Below are positions 47,567-57,440 of a stretch of DNA of 64,000 nucleotides, one piece after another. The stretch spans positions 82-64,081 of the forward strand of contig JAKANP010000003.1 of assembly GCA_021812345.1 (NCBI GenBank), in the 5' to 3' direction. Made by a program: the position numbers and the translations under genes. The DNA comes from a bacterium (GTDB taxonomy: Bacteria > Patescibacteriota > Minisyncoccia > UBA6257 > JAGOQP01). The notes beneath the pieces are model-generated. The model saw only the letters and a program-made list of their open reading frames with translations, was not told where the DNA came from and ran no database searches. How positions within the stretch are numbered: the first letter of the stretch is position 1; every line of letters starts with the position of its first letter.

Positions 47567-50500
47567 ATGTTCAAAAAAATATTTTTATCTGTTTTTGTCA
47601 TTTTGGTCGGGTTCGCTTCGGTTTCTTTGGTTAGGGCCCAAAGTGTAAGTGATTTACAGGCTCAACTTCAGGCGCTTTTACAGCAAGTTGCCAATCTTCA
47701 AGCTCAGATTAAAGCTCAAAACGGAGGGACTTCAAATAGATGGTGCTATACTTTCAATAATAATCTTTCTGTCGGCAGTACCGGAAATGATGTTGCCGCC
47801 CTTCAAACCGCTTTAGCTAAAGAAGGATTTACTATGAACTCAACCGAAACAAATAGCGATACCTTTAGCGAATCAACCGCTTCCGCTGTTTCGGGTTTTC
47901 AGGAAAAATATTCAAGTGATGTGTTAAAACCTTTTGGCCTCAATTATGGTACCGGTTTTGCCGGAAAAGGAACCAGGGCTAAACTCAATGCGTTGTACGG
48001 ATGTAATGCTACAAATCCTCCGGTAGTCGTGCCTCCTAGCCCGACATCAACTCCTCCGGTGATTGGCGGTATTACTGTAACGTCTCCGGCTTCCGGCTCC
48101 ACCTGGTATGTTGGTAGTACATATAATATCCAATGGAATAGTGGAATGAGCAGTGACGTTAAGGTTAATATCTCTTTATATGTTCCTCAACAGCTTTGTC
48201 TTGGAGGAACAGTCGTAAATTGTCAGGCTACAGCTCCTTACTCAATAGCTACAAACGTGGATAATGATGGCTCATATGAGTGGAGTATTCCAACTGCATT
48301 GCCTAAACAATATTCGGGTGGCTATATATTGGTTCAAACAGTTAACGGTTCAACTAGCGGTCAAAGCGCAAGTTTTTCCATCTCATTTAATACCGTTATC
48401 GCTCCAATAAGCGTTACTTCTCCTGCGGCGGGCGATACCTGGAAAACTGGCAGTACCTACAATATCAATTGGTCTTCACGGCAGGGAGCTTTGTCTTCGG
48501 CCTATAAAGTAAAAATATCCATGATTCCGGTTTCGCCGACGCCAGTTTGTCCGCTCGGTTCAATGTGCCCGCAATATCTGATAAAGCCCTATGTAATTAC
48601 GGACTCTACCGATAATGACGGCCAATTTTCATGGACTGTGCCGAGTGATTTTTCCGGATATTATGTTGGACAGGAACAGATAATAGTTGAACAAATCACA
48701 ACTAGCGGTTCTTATGTGGCCAATTCTGTATTTGGAAAGAGCGGAGTATTTACAATTACTTCTGGTTCTTCAAGTCAATACCCGGTAATTTCCGGAGTTT
48801 CCGGACCGACTACTCTTAACGTCGGCCAGCAGGGAACTTGGACGGTAAAAGCATCCGACCCTAATAACGGAACATTGAGTTACTCTGTTGTTTGGGGAGA
48901 CGAAACTGTTTGTTCGGGAAATGTTTGTGCTACAAGCATTAACGGATCTCCTACCCCTCCCGTTCAACAGTCAACATTTACTCATGTCTATAACACTGCC
49001 GGAACATTTACTCCTAAATTTACGGTAACTAATAGTGCCGGACTTAATACCCAGACGAGTTTGAGCGTGAGTGTCGGTAAGACGACAACAACATGCGCGC
49101 TTACCGCTAAAGTTGTTGGGACTAATCTGGCTGAAAATAATACGGCATGGGGATTTGATGTAGCGGTTAGTGCCGTAAATCCCCCCACTTCATCTAATGG
49201 TTGGACTACAAATTTCCAAGGATACACTCCCGAAGTGACCGCTTACGGGACAACAAAACATTACGGGGACTTCTTCATTTCTTCCGGACCGTTGTCATTT
49301 ACCGCTCAAGATCAGATCAATAGTAGTTGCGCAACTTCCATAACAGTTTCTCCTCCGGCTACTAATATTTCGAAAACAATAACAGTGACATCACCGGTTG
49401 CGGGTCAAACTTATGCTGCTGGAAGCGCGCTTAATATAGTATGGACGAGCACTGGCGGAGTAGGGCCGGTTGATATTATTGCTTGGCCGTCGGTATCCTG
49501 TGTTTCAAGTGAAGTGCCATGTATGCTGTCTGCGCCAATAACTATTGCCAGCAAAATTTACAATTCCGGTTCTTACTCTTGGACCATACCCCAATCTTGG
49601 TCGGGGGTGTATTCGATTAGTGTTTATGAAGATGGGTCTACCAATACAAGTGGTTCAAGCGGTAAATTCAATATTATTTCCAGTACTTCCGGACAGGTGT
49701 CAATCAATACTGCCAGCAACATAATGTATGGCGGATCGTTTACAAATTATCTTGTGGGGGCTTACACCATCAGTTCTTCGGCATCAAATCCTCTGGCCAA
49801 CCTGAATTCGATTGATGTGGGTCTTGATATAAACAATGCAAACTCGTCGGCAAGTTCCAACCCGACTATTTCGGTTTATGACATTACAACCGGGTCAATT
49901 GTTGGAAGTAATGTGGCCGATGGCATAAATGGAACGAAAGTTTCAATCCCTCTGCAAAACGAAGCTGTTTCCCCAGGAACATATAAGACCTTATACATAT
50001 ATGTGAACGTGAGTAGTTTAAGAACTCCCGTTGATGCAACTCAAAATGTCACGGCTCAGATATCTGCCTCAAATTTAAAATACACATCCGGCGGTGTTAC
50101 TGGATCGACGGGGAGTAACACTGTTTTGGGTTCGGCTAATCCTGTAGTTATAACTCAGATAACGGCAACGTCGACTCCTTTCAGCATCACATTTCCCACA
50201 GCCGGAACGACCGTGGTTCAGGGACAAACGTATAATATAACCTGGTCAGGCGCCGATACCGGAGTGACCGGCTACAACATTTATCTTGGGGGCGGAGCTC
50301 TGGCAAATACGGTTCCTTCTACCGTTAAACTTCTTGGTACTACATCCGCGTCATCTATGGCAGCTAAATCATTTTCCTGGACAGTGGGAAGTGACGTCGG
50401 AACCGGATCAAATTATTACATCCAGTTCGGCGCCCTTGGAGGGCCCGGGGGTGGAGGTGGAATTAGCCCCGCATTCAACATTACCGCCATATCCAATCCG

Positions 50501-50614
50501 TTTCCTGTCAGCACAACTACTACTTCTCAGTTATCCAACAACTCTAATATGGCTAACATATTGTATGCGGCGTCCCAAACGCTTCAGAACATACTGAATT
50601 TATTGTCTCATTAA
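47567..50614 (+). CDS. Large secreted cell-surface protein: signal peptide, coiled coil, peptidoglycan-binding-like domain, repeated Kre9/KNH-like Ser/Thr-rich modules, PKD-like domain
   Basis: Signal peptide MFKKIFLSVFVILVGFASVSLVRA; PG_binding-like LSVGSTGNDVAALQTALAKEGF; recurring I(T/S)VTSP..G.T...GS.YNI.W modules; PKD-like SGPTTLNVGQQGTWTVKASDPNNGTLSYSVVWGDET. Confidence 0.6.
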   Translation: MFKKIFLSVFVILVGFASVSLVRAQSVSDLQAQLQALLQQVANLQAQIKAQNGGTSNRWCYTFNNNLSVGSTGNDVAALQTALAKEGFTMNSTETNSDTFSESTASAVSGFQEKYSSDVLKPFGLNYGTGFAGKGTRAKLNALYGCNATNPPVVVPPSPTSTPPVIGGITVTSPASGSTWYVGSTYNIQWNSGMSSDVKVNISLYVPQQLCLGGTVVNCQATAPYSIATNVDNDGSYEWSIPTALPKQYSGGYILVQTVNGSTSGQSASFSISFNTVIAPISVTSPAAGDTWKTGSTYNINWSSRQGALSSAYKVKISMIPVSPTPVCPLGSMCPQYLIKPYVITDSTDNDGQFSWTVPSDFSGYYVGQEQIIVEQITTSGSYVANSVFGKSGVFTITSGSSSQYPVISGVSGPTTLNVGQQGTWTVKASDPNNGTLSYSVVWGDETVCSGNVCATSINGSPTPPVQQSTFTHVYNTAGTFTPKFTVTNSAGLNTQTSLSVSVGKTTTTCALTAKVVGTNLAENNTAWGFDVAVSAVNPPTSSNGWTTNFQGYTPEVTAYGTTKHYGDFFISSGPLSFTAQDQINSSCATSITVSPPATNISKTITVTSPVAGQTYAAGSALNIVWTSTGGVGPVDIIAWPSVSCVSSEVPCMLSAPITIASKIYNSGSYSWTIPQSWSGVYSISVYEDGSTNTSGSSGKFNIISSTSGQVSINTASNIMYGGSFTNYLVGAYTISSSASNPLANLNSIDVGLDINNANSSASSNPTISVYDITTGSIVGSNVADGINGTKVSIPLQNEAVSPGTYKTLYIYVNVSSLRTPVDATQNVTAQISASNLKYTSGGVTGSTGSNTVLGSANPVVITQITATSTPFSITFPTAGTTVVQGQTYNITWSGADTGVTGYNIYLGGGALANTVPSTVKLLGTTSASSMAAKSFSWTVGSDVGTGSNYYIQFGALGGPGGGGGISPAFNITAISNPFPVSTTTTSQLSNNSNMANILYAASQTLQNILNLLSH

Positions 50615-50776
50615 TTATTAAATAATAATGATAAAAACATAGGTGTGATGCCTCTGTTTTTATTTGGCTACATATTGGTTAAAAAATGAGATATACTTAG
50701 ATAAACAGGTCTTAGATTTTCATCTTTTCTATTAGCTGATTATTAATTACTATTTACTAATCATTATTTACTAAAC

Positions 50777-51244
50777 ATGCTTATTTACATCGGCGCCGAC
50801 CACAGAGGTTTTGCCATTAAAGAATCAATAAAAAAATATCTTACCGATTCCGGATATGAAGTCGTTGATTTTGGAAATGACAAGCTTGACGCAAATGATG
50901 ATTACAATGATTTTGCCGCGAATGTAGCTAAAGAAATAAGCAAAGATCCTTCTTTAGGGAGGGGGATTTTGGTTTGCGGTTCCGGAGTTGGAATGGATAT
51001 TGTTGCCAATAAATTCAGGAATGTAAGATGCTCGCTTTGTTTTTCGGCAGACCACGCCATGTCGGTAAGAACGGATGATGACCCAAATGTTTTGGCTTTA
51101 GCCGCCGATTTCTTGGATGAAAATAGCGCTAAAAAAATTGTTTCCGTATGGCTTCAAACTCAATTTGATAAAAAAGAAAATCATGTTCGCAGAATAAAAA
51201 AAATAGAAGAGCTGGAAACGAGAATTACCAAATATTTTGATTAA
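50777..51244 (+). CDS. rpiB: Ribose-5-phosphate isomerase B
   Basis: MLIYIGADHRGF...ILVCGSGVGMDIVANK RpiB/LacAB signature. Confidence 0.85.
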   Translation: MLIYIGADHRGFAIKESIKKYLTDSGYEVVDFGNDKLDANDDYNDFAANVAKEISKDPSLGRGILVCGSGVGMDIVANKFRNVRCSLCFSADHAMSVRTDDDPNVLALAADFLDENSAKKIVSVWLQTQFDKKENHVRRIKKIEELETRITKYFD

Positions 51245-51878
51245 AATGAAAGTTGCTGTTGGGATTAACGCTAAAAATAAAAATGATTTTTTAAATCAAC
51301 TTGAAAAAGCCAAAATTTTTTTACCTCAAAATGCGGCACTTCATATTGATATTTCACAAAAAAGATTTTCCTCAATAAATTCTTTTTTTGATTTTAAAAT
51401 TTTAAAAAAATATTCCCGTTATTTTAAACTTGAGGGGCATTTAATGGTTCCAAAAAATAAAATCTTAGATAAAAAATGGTTTTCATCGCCTTTAGATGTT
51501 TTATTTATTCATTCGTCAGTTTGTCCCGACTGGGAAAAAATTTTGAAATCGGCAAAACAACACAAAAAAGAAATAGGCGTTGTTTTTGATTTTGACCAGA
51601 AGGAAGGCGATATAATTGTCCCAAAAGGGATTAAAAAAATATTGTTGCTTTCTGTAATTCCCGGAAAATCCGGACAAAAATTCAATTCGTCGGCATTTCA
51701 CGCGATCGATTTTTTGAGAAAAAAATATCCTCATGCTATAATATCGGTTGACGGAGGAATTAATTTAAAAATAGCAAAGAAATTAAAAAATAAAAAAATA
51801 AACAATGTTGTCTCCACTTCTTATATTTGGGAGAACAAAAATCCGACTAAGGCGTATAAAAAATTAATTTCCGTATAG
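51237..51878 (+). CDS. rpe: Divergent ribulose-phosphate 3-epimerase (possible start at 51246)
   Basis: ALHIDI, EGHLMV, LLLSVIPGKSGQKF, ISVDGGIN blocks parallel Rpe HFDVMD, DVHLMV, MSVNPGFGGQ, VDGGVN. Confidence 0.6.
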   Translation: MIKMKVAVGINAKNKNDFLNQLEKAKIFLPQNAALHIDISQKRFSSINSFFDFKILKKYSRYFKLEGHLMVPKNKILDKKWFSSPLDVLFIHSSVCPDWEKILKSAKQHKKEIGVVFDFDQKEGDIIVPKGIKKILLLSVIPGKSGQKFNSSAFHAIDFLRKKYPHAIISVDGGINLKIAKKLKNKKINNVVSTSYIWENKNPTKAYKKLISV

Positions 51879-51891
51879 AAAAAATCTTTGT

Positions 51892-52746
51892 ATGGACTAT
51901 ATTTCTCACAACAGAATAAAATCGTTATACGGCGTTGCCAATCGCTTGAGAGAAGACGTGATTGAGATGCTGGTTGAAGCAGGTTCCGGACATTCTGCCG
52001 GTCCGTTAGATATGGCTGATATTTTTGCGGCGATGTATTTTGGTATTTTGAATCACAAACCGAAAAATCCCAATTGGGAACAGCGTGACAGATTGATTCT
52101 GTCCAACGGCCATATTTGCCCGATTCAATATGCCGCTTTGGCAAGAGCTGGATATTTTCCATTAAAAGAATTAAAAACTTTAAGAAAAATAAACTCCCGT
52201 CTTCAGGGGCATCCTCACAGAGGAAGCCTTCCCGGAATTGAAACCACCTCAGGACCTCTTGGGTCGGGGCTGGCTCAAGGAATTGGGATGGCTTTGGCGG
52301 CAAAACTTAACGGAGAAAAGCATCGAATTTATGTGATGGGTTCGGATGGAGAAATGGAGGAAGGAAATTATTGGGAAGCGGTGATGTTTGCCGGAAAAAA
52401 TCGTTTAAGCAATTTAACTTTGGTTGTTGATAGAAACAATATTCAAATAGACGGCTATACGGAAGATATTATGCCTCTTGAATCAATCAGAGATAAATTT
52501 GAAGCCTTCAGATGGAATGTAATTGATGTCAACGGTCATGACATAGAAGAATTCATTGCCGCAGTTTACGAAGCCAAGTCGATTTATGAAAAGCCGACGG
52601 CAGTTATTGCTCACACCATCGCCGGCAAAGGAGTTGGTTTTATGGAAGGGAATTACTCTTGGCACGGAATTCCTCCAAACAAAGAGCAGGCCAAAGAAGC
52701 GTTAAAACAATTAAGAACATTGGGAGGTAAAATAAAGCACGAATAA
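51892..52746 (+). CDS. Transketolase, N-terminal (ThDP-binding) subunit
   Basis: GHSAGPLDMADIFAAMYF, GHPH, GSDGEMEEGNYWEA motifs of split transketolase. Confidence 0.85.
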   Translation: MDYISHNRIKSLYGVANRLREDVIEMLVEAGSGHSAGPLDMADIFAAMYFGILNHKPKNPNWEQRDRLILSNGHICPIQYAALARAGYFPLKELKTLRKINSRLQGHPHRGSLPGIETTSGPLGSGLAQGIGMALAAKLNGEKHRIYVMGSDGEMEEGNYWEAVMFAGKNRLSNLTLVVDRNNIQIDGYTEDIMPLESIRDKFEAFRWNVIDVNGHDIEEFIAAVYEAKSIYEKPTAVIAHTIAGKGVGFMEGNYSWHGIPPNKEQAKEALKQLRTLGGKIKHE

Positions 52747-52783
52747 GACAATGTAAAAATAAACATATTTAAATATCAAAATT

Positions 52784-53128
52784 ATGTCCGCAATAGAATG
52801 GGTTAAAAAAATTTATATTTATTTATTTTCGGCAATTGGACTGATTATCGCCGTAACCGGTTTGATTCAGCTGATTAATCTGGGATTAAAATCGTGGATA
52901 TTTACCAAAGCCGACAATTATTACAGCTATCCTCAACCGATTTCAACACCAACCGCAGACAGCAAGAGTCAATCAATTATTCAACCTGACCAAAAAGCTG
53001 TTGACGAATATCAACAAAACAATCTAGTCAGTCAGAGACAAAGCTCCGCTTCCAATGCTATTGCGATGATAATAGTCGGAGCGCCGTTGTTTTTATACCA
53101 CTGGAGATTGGCGCGTAAACAGTCGTAA
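52784..53128 (+). CDS. Small membrane protein between transketolase halves
   Basis: 114 aa, two hydrophobic helices. Confidence 0.35.
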   Translation: MSAIEWVKKIYIYLFSAIGLIIAVTGLIQLINLGLKSWIFTKADNYYSYPQPISTPTADSKSQSIIQPDQKAVDEYQQNNLVSQRQSSASNAIAMIIVGAPLFLYHWRLARKQS

Positions 53129-53159
53129 GTCGTTAGTTGTAGTTTGTAAATTAATTTTT

Positions 53160-54152
53160 ATGTTAAATTCAGACGCAAAATTAAATCACAATATTTTTTC
53201 AAGACACATAGATGAAGCACCGACCCGTGACGGATTTGGCAAAGGACTGCTTGAGGCGGGAAGTGAAAAAAATGTTATTGCTTTATCGGCTGATTTGGAG
53301 GAATCCACCCGTTGTCATTGGTTTGCTAAAGTTTATCCGGAAAGATTTATTGAGTGTGGCGTGGCCGAGCAGGGGATGGTAACCATCGCCGCAGGATTGG
53401 CAATTTCCGGAAAAATTCCTTTTGTAAATTCTTATGCCAATTTTTGTCCGGGAAGAACCTGGGAACAGGTTAGAACTACCGCTTGTTATAATAATGCCAA
53501 TGTTAAAATTGCCGGCCATCATGCCGGAATTTCGGTCGGTCCCGATGGAGCTACTCATCAGGCAACCGAAGATATCGCCATAATGCGTGCTTTGCCGAAT
53601 ATGAAAGTAATTGTTCCTTGCGATGCTATTGAAGCTCAAAAGGCGGTTGTCTCTTCAACTCAAATTTACGGTCCCATGTATTTGCGTTTTCAAAGAGAAA
53701 AAACTCCGATAATGACAACCAAGGAAACGCCGTTTGTTTTTGGTAAGGCATATCCTATGTGGATTTCTTCCGGTAAAAATATAGATGTTTTAATAATTTC
53801 AGCCGGACCGATTATTTATAATGCGTTGTTGGCGGCAAAAGAACTGGAAAGAGAAAAAATAAAAACTGTTGTATTAAACAGCCACACCATAAAACCGCTG
53901 GACGAAAAAGAAATTTTAAAGTGGGCGAAAAAAACCGGTGCTGTTGTGACTGTGGAGGAGCATAATATTATTGGCGGATTAGGAGGTGTCGTTTCGGAAT
54001 TGCTTTCTGAAAAAATGCCAACGCCTTTGGAACGAGTCGGCATCAAAGATGTTTTTGGAGAATCGGGTCAGCCCGAAGAGCTTATAAAAAAATACCATTT
54101 GGATGTTAAAGATGTTATTAGCGCGGTAAAGAAGGTTATCAAAAGAAAATAA
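53160..54152 (+). CDS. Transketolase, C-terminal (pyrimidine-binding) subunit
   Basis: FIECGVAEQGMVTIAAGLA and C-terminal domain; 330 aa. Confidence 0.85.
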   Translation: MLNSDAKLNHNIFSRHIDEAPTRDGFGKGLLEAGSEKNVIALSADLEESTRCHWFAKVYPERFIECGVAEQGMVTIAAGLAISGKIPFVNSYANFCPGRTWEQVRTTACYNNANVKIAGHHAGISVGPDGATHQATEDIAIMRALPNMKVIVPCDAIEAQKAVVSSTQIYGPMYLRFQREKTPIMTTKETPFVFGKAYPMWISSGKNIDVLIISAGPIIYNALLAAKELEREKIKTVVLNSHTIKPLDEKEILKWAKKTGAVVTVEEHNIIGGLGGVVSELLSEKMPTPLERVGIKDVFGESGQPEELIKKYHLDVKDVISAVKKVIKRK

Positions 54153-54190
54153 TCAATTCATTTTTATTCTATAAAAATATAACTATAAAT

Positions 54191-54233
54191 TTATTTATCC
54201 TTATTTAATACGATCGTAGAATTTAAGGTGAAA
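54191..54233 (+). repeat. Copy 1 of 42-bp direct repeat ATTTATCCTTATTTAATACGATCGTAGAATTTAAGGTGAAAT
   Basis: 41/42 identical to copy at 54919-54961; about 60 nt upstream of ORF 54293. Confidence 0.85.
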
Positions 54234-54292
54234 TAGATATTTATGTTAATTGTCATTATTTATTAATTTAATTTTTAATTTTAATATTTTTA

Positions 54293-54868
54293 ATGCCAAA
54301 ATTGAGTCCGAGAGTTAAAATAAAAACAGATACAAGAGAGTACAAATTACTCTCTTTTCTCAATGAAGTTGAGAGTGTGATTTTAGATGCGTTTTTCCCC
54401 AAAAAATATCCAGAAGCTGCGTTGTGGAGAGATTTTTTTGGTATAGATTATAAGAATGATATGGATAATAATAAAATAAATTATTTTATATCAAAAACTT
54501 TGGTTCGTTTAAAAAATAAGGGGTTAATTTCAAAAAACGGCTCTACTAAAAAATCAATTTGGAAGATAAATAATGAAGGGAAGAAGATCTTATATTCATT
54601 AAATCGTTTATCTTTACCAAAAAAAGATGGTAAAACTCGCCTAGTTATTTTTGATATTCCGGAAATAAAAAAATATTGCAGGCAATGGATCAGAGATGAA
54701 TTGATCAGACATAATTTTAAAATGCTTCAAAAGAGTGTCTGGATAGGGCAAAGACCATTATCTGAAGAAGTTTTAAGGCACGATAATATGAAAAAAATTA
54801 TTGACAATGTTCACATCCTTGAAATAAAAGATTTAGGCACTTTAGAAAATATTGATTTTGAAGATTAA
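54293..54868 (+). CDS. Winged-helix plus Cas2/PaaX-C-like domain protein (putative regulator)
   Basis: N-terminal wHTH-like (LVRLKNKGLISKNG...SIWKIN); C-terminal RLVIFDIPEIKKYCRQWIRDELIRHNFKMLQKSVW resembles the Cas2-like LVxYDV...R..L...G.R.Q.SV pattern. Confidence 0.45.
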   Translation: MPKLSPRVKIKTDTREYKLLSFLNEVESVILDAFFPKKYPEAALWRDFFGIDYKNDMDNNKINYFISKTLVRLKNKGLISKNGSTKKSIWKINNEGKKILYSLNRLSLPKKDGKTRLVIFDIPEIKKYCRQWIRDELIRHNFKMLQKSVWIGQRPLSEEVLRHDNMKKIIDNVHILEIKDLGTLENIDFED

Positions 54869-54918
54869 AAAAATGTTTTTGTGATAAAATTTAAGTAGTT
54901 CATTTATGTATATATTTT

Positions 54919-54961
54919 TATTTATCCTTATTTAATACGATCGTAGGATTTAAGGTGAAAT
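54919..54961 (+). repeat. Copy 2 of 42-bp direct repeat
   Basis: ATTTATCCTTATTTAATACGATCGTAGGATTTAAGGTGAAAT, upstream of the pfkB-family kinase gene. Confidence 0.85.
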
Positions 54962-55084
54962 GAAATATGAATATAAAATTGAGTTGTTATCTTTTTGATT
55001 TTGTTTTAATGGAATTATTGTTGTGACGTTGGTGTAATAATATTGATGGTGTTTTTTTATAACTAAAAATATTGTATACTATAT

Positions 55085-56149
55085 GTGATACACAAATTAT
55101 TAAATATTCTGATTATGTTGGATGTTATAACTATTGGGACGGTTACCGTTGATACCTTTATTAAGGCGGATTTTTTGAAAACCGTTACCGATAAAAAACA
55201 TTTGGAAAAAATCGGATTTCCTACGGGTCAAGCTCAGTGTTTTTCTTTTGGTTCTAAAATTGAAATCAAAGAACCGATTATTGAAATGGGCGGAGGGGCT
55301 CATAATTCGGCCGTCACTTTTTCGCGGGCAAATTTAAAAACAGCTTCGTTATTTAATGTCGGTTCGGACAAAAATGGAGATTTGATAGTTGAAGAATTTA
55401 TTAAAAAAGGAATTGATCCTTTAACTATTGTCGATAATGGAGAAAAAACCGGCGTCTCTTATATTTTATTGGATAAAAGCGGAGAGAGGACGATTTTGGT
55501 TTTTCGCGGATCATCCGGAGACATTGAAATCAAAGAAATTCCATTTAACAAATTGAATGCCAAATGGGCTTACATTGCCCCCGGAAGCATTCCTGATTCC
55601 GTATTGCTTAAAATTTTCAATTATTTAAAAAAAAATAAAATAAAAATTGCCGTCAATCCGTCAAAGGACATGATTGCGGGGGGAATTAAAAAATGCCGTC
55701 CATTTTTAGATAAAGCGTCGGTAGTTATTATGAATAGAGAAGAGGCATCTTATCTCACAAAAACCTCTTTTGAAAATAAGGAAAGGCTTTTTAAAAAATT
55801 AGACGAATATGTCCCCGGGATTGTTGTAATGACCGACGGCAAAAATGGAGCAATTGTATCTGATGGTAGATTTGTTTATACTTGCGGAATTTTTAAAGAA
55901 AAAAAAGTTATTGACAGAACCGGAGCAGGGGACGCTTTTGGCAGTTCTTTTGTCGCCGGACTCATAGAAACAGACGAGCAGTGTATAAGAGGTATTTGTA
56001 ATCCCAAAAAAATAGAATTTGCTTTAAGAAGGGGAGCGGCAAACGCTACAGCGGTAATAGAAAAAATAGGAGCCACTCCGGGAATTATAACCACTGAAGA
56101 ATTTATGTCTCAAAAAAGATGGAAAAATTTTATCGTTAAAAAAAATTAA
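55085..56149 (+). CDS. PfkB-family carbohydrate kinase (ribokinase-like)
   Basis: C-terminal DRTGAGDAFGSSFVAG PfkB signature; 354 aa (true start may be ATG 55115). Confidence 0.8.
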   Translation: MIHKLLNILIMLDVITIGTVTVDTFIKADFLKTVTDKKHLEKIGFPTGQAQCFSFGSKIEIKEPIIEMGGGAHNSAVTFSRANLKTASLFNVGSDKNGDLIVEEFIKKGIDPLTIVDNGEKTGVSYILLDKSGERTILVFRGSSGDIEIKEIPFNKLNAKWAYIAPGSIPDSVLLKIFNYLKKNKIKIAVNPSKDMIAGGIKKCRPFLDKASVVIMNREEASYLTKTSFENKERLFKKLDEYVPGIVVMTDGKNGAIVSDGRFVYTCGIFKEKKVIDRTGAGDAFGSSFVAGLIETDEQCIRGICNPKKIEFALRRGAANATAVIEKIGATPGIITTEEFMSQKRWKNFIVKKN

Positions 56150-56163
56150 AAAATTATTAAAAT

Positions 56164-57432
56164 ATGATAGCACAAGAAAAGATAGCGCAAATATTGAGAG
56201 CGGATAAAGATGTTGTTTTGGAAACGGAAAAACGCCTTGAAAAAATAACAGGCAAGACGGGAGTTTTTGAATCAATCGTGAGACAAAATGACGAAGCGAT
56301 GGATCAACGATTGGCGATTCTTAATTTGAGCAGAAAATCTTCGGCTAAATCGATTTTTAACGGATTGATAAATAAAATAGAATTGGATAATAAAAAACTT
56401 ATGGAGATAATGAATGAGCCAAATTTTACCTGCAAACAAGGTTGTGAAATTGTGGCAAATTTTGTGTCGTCCGTTGCCGGAAACAGAAACGGATTTTTTT
56501 TAAAGAAAGAAAAATTTATTGAACTGATTAAAGAAATTCCCCCTCAAAAAATTCTTCAAATGCTCGGATATTCTTCCGTTGAAGAATTGATTCAAAAAGA
56601 AGACTGGAAAGAAGTGGCGGCGGCTTTGAGATTTATTCAGGGAGGCGAGTGGATTAACGAAGTATTTTTACCAAAATACAATAAATTGACGGCTGATGAT
56701 TTTGAAAAAAGAGATTTTGAAATTATAGCGCTTGGTCCAAAATGGGAAAAACTTGGAAGAAAATTTGTGGAGAAAAAGTATCACAATATCAGTCATTTAA
56801 AAGAACTTGGAATAATTTTTATAATTCCCGTTTCTTTAAATTTGCCGGGAGAATTAGTGAGAACGGTAGGACTTTTGTTCCACTACATAAACGAGATAAA
56901 ATTTTATTCGGAAATTTTTATAAAAATATCGGAAAATAAAAACGATTTTATAAAAAACATTCAGTCATTATTAAGAGGCGATGTTCCCGATGATAAAAAA
57001 ATTTTATTGTCCGATAATTGGCTTATTGTTCAAAGATATCTTGCCAAAGACGATGAAAATGATTGGCGACTATTTGCGCCTCATTTAAATCCGGAAGCGG
57101 CTCATTGGGAAAAAGCGGAAAAAATGTTCGTTGATTTGGGAACAAAGTATGATTCGTTGGAAAAAGATTTTTCTTTTTGGAAAAACTTGAATTGGGTTGG
57201 AGATTATTTTCCGACCGATACCGGAGTTGATGTTTTGGTGAGTTTTAATCTTATCGACACTTCGATGGCATTGGTTAAAGAAAAAGAAATGATAAAATAT
57301 CTTTATCACCACCAGGAGGCGCTTTGGAATAAAATATTTTATTCTTATTTTGGAGAAGAAAAAACGGAAAATATCGTTAAGAATAATGTTTTAAAGGGTT
57401 ATGTTGAAATTTCTGAAAATTTAATTAAATAA
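56164..57432 (+). CDS. Hypothetical protein (422 aa) embedded in sugar-metabolism gene block
   Basis: Long uninterrupted ORF with tight spacing to pfkB and fba; no recognisable motif. Confidence 0.4.
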   Translation: MIAQEKIAQILRADKDVVLETEKRLEKITGKTGVFESIVRQNDEAMDQRLAILNLSRKSSAKSIFNGLINKIELDNKKLMEIMNEPNFTCKQGCEIVANFVSSVAGNRNGFFLKKEKFIELIKEIPPQKILQMLGYSSVEELIQKEDWKEVAAALRFIQGGEWINEVFLPKYNKLTADDFEKRDFEIIALGPKWEKLGRKFVEKKYHNISHLKELGIIFIIPVSLNLPGELVRTVGLLFHYINEIKFYSEIFIKISENKNDFIKNIQSLLRGDVPDDKKILLSDNWLIVQRYLAKDDENDWRLFAPHLNPEAAHWEKAEKMFVDLGTKYDSLEKDFSFWKNLNWVGDYFPTDTGVDVLVSFNLIDTSMALVKEKEMIKYLYHHQEALWNKIFYSYFGEEKTENIVKNNVLKGYVEISENLIK

Positions 57433-57440
57433 TTTTTAAT

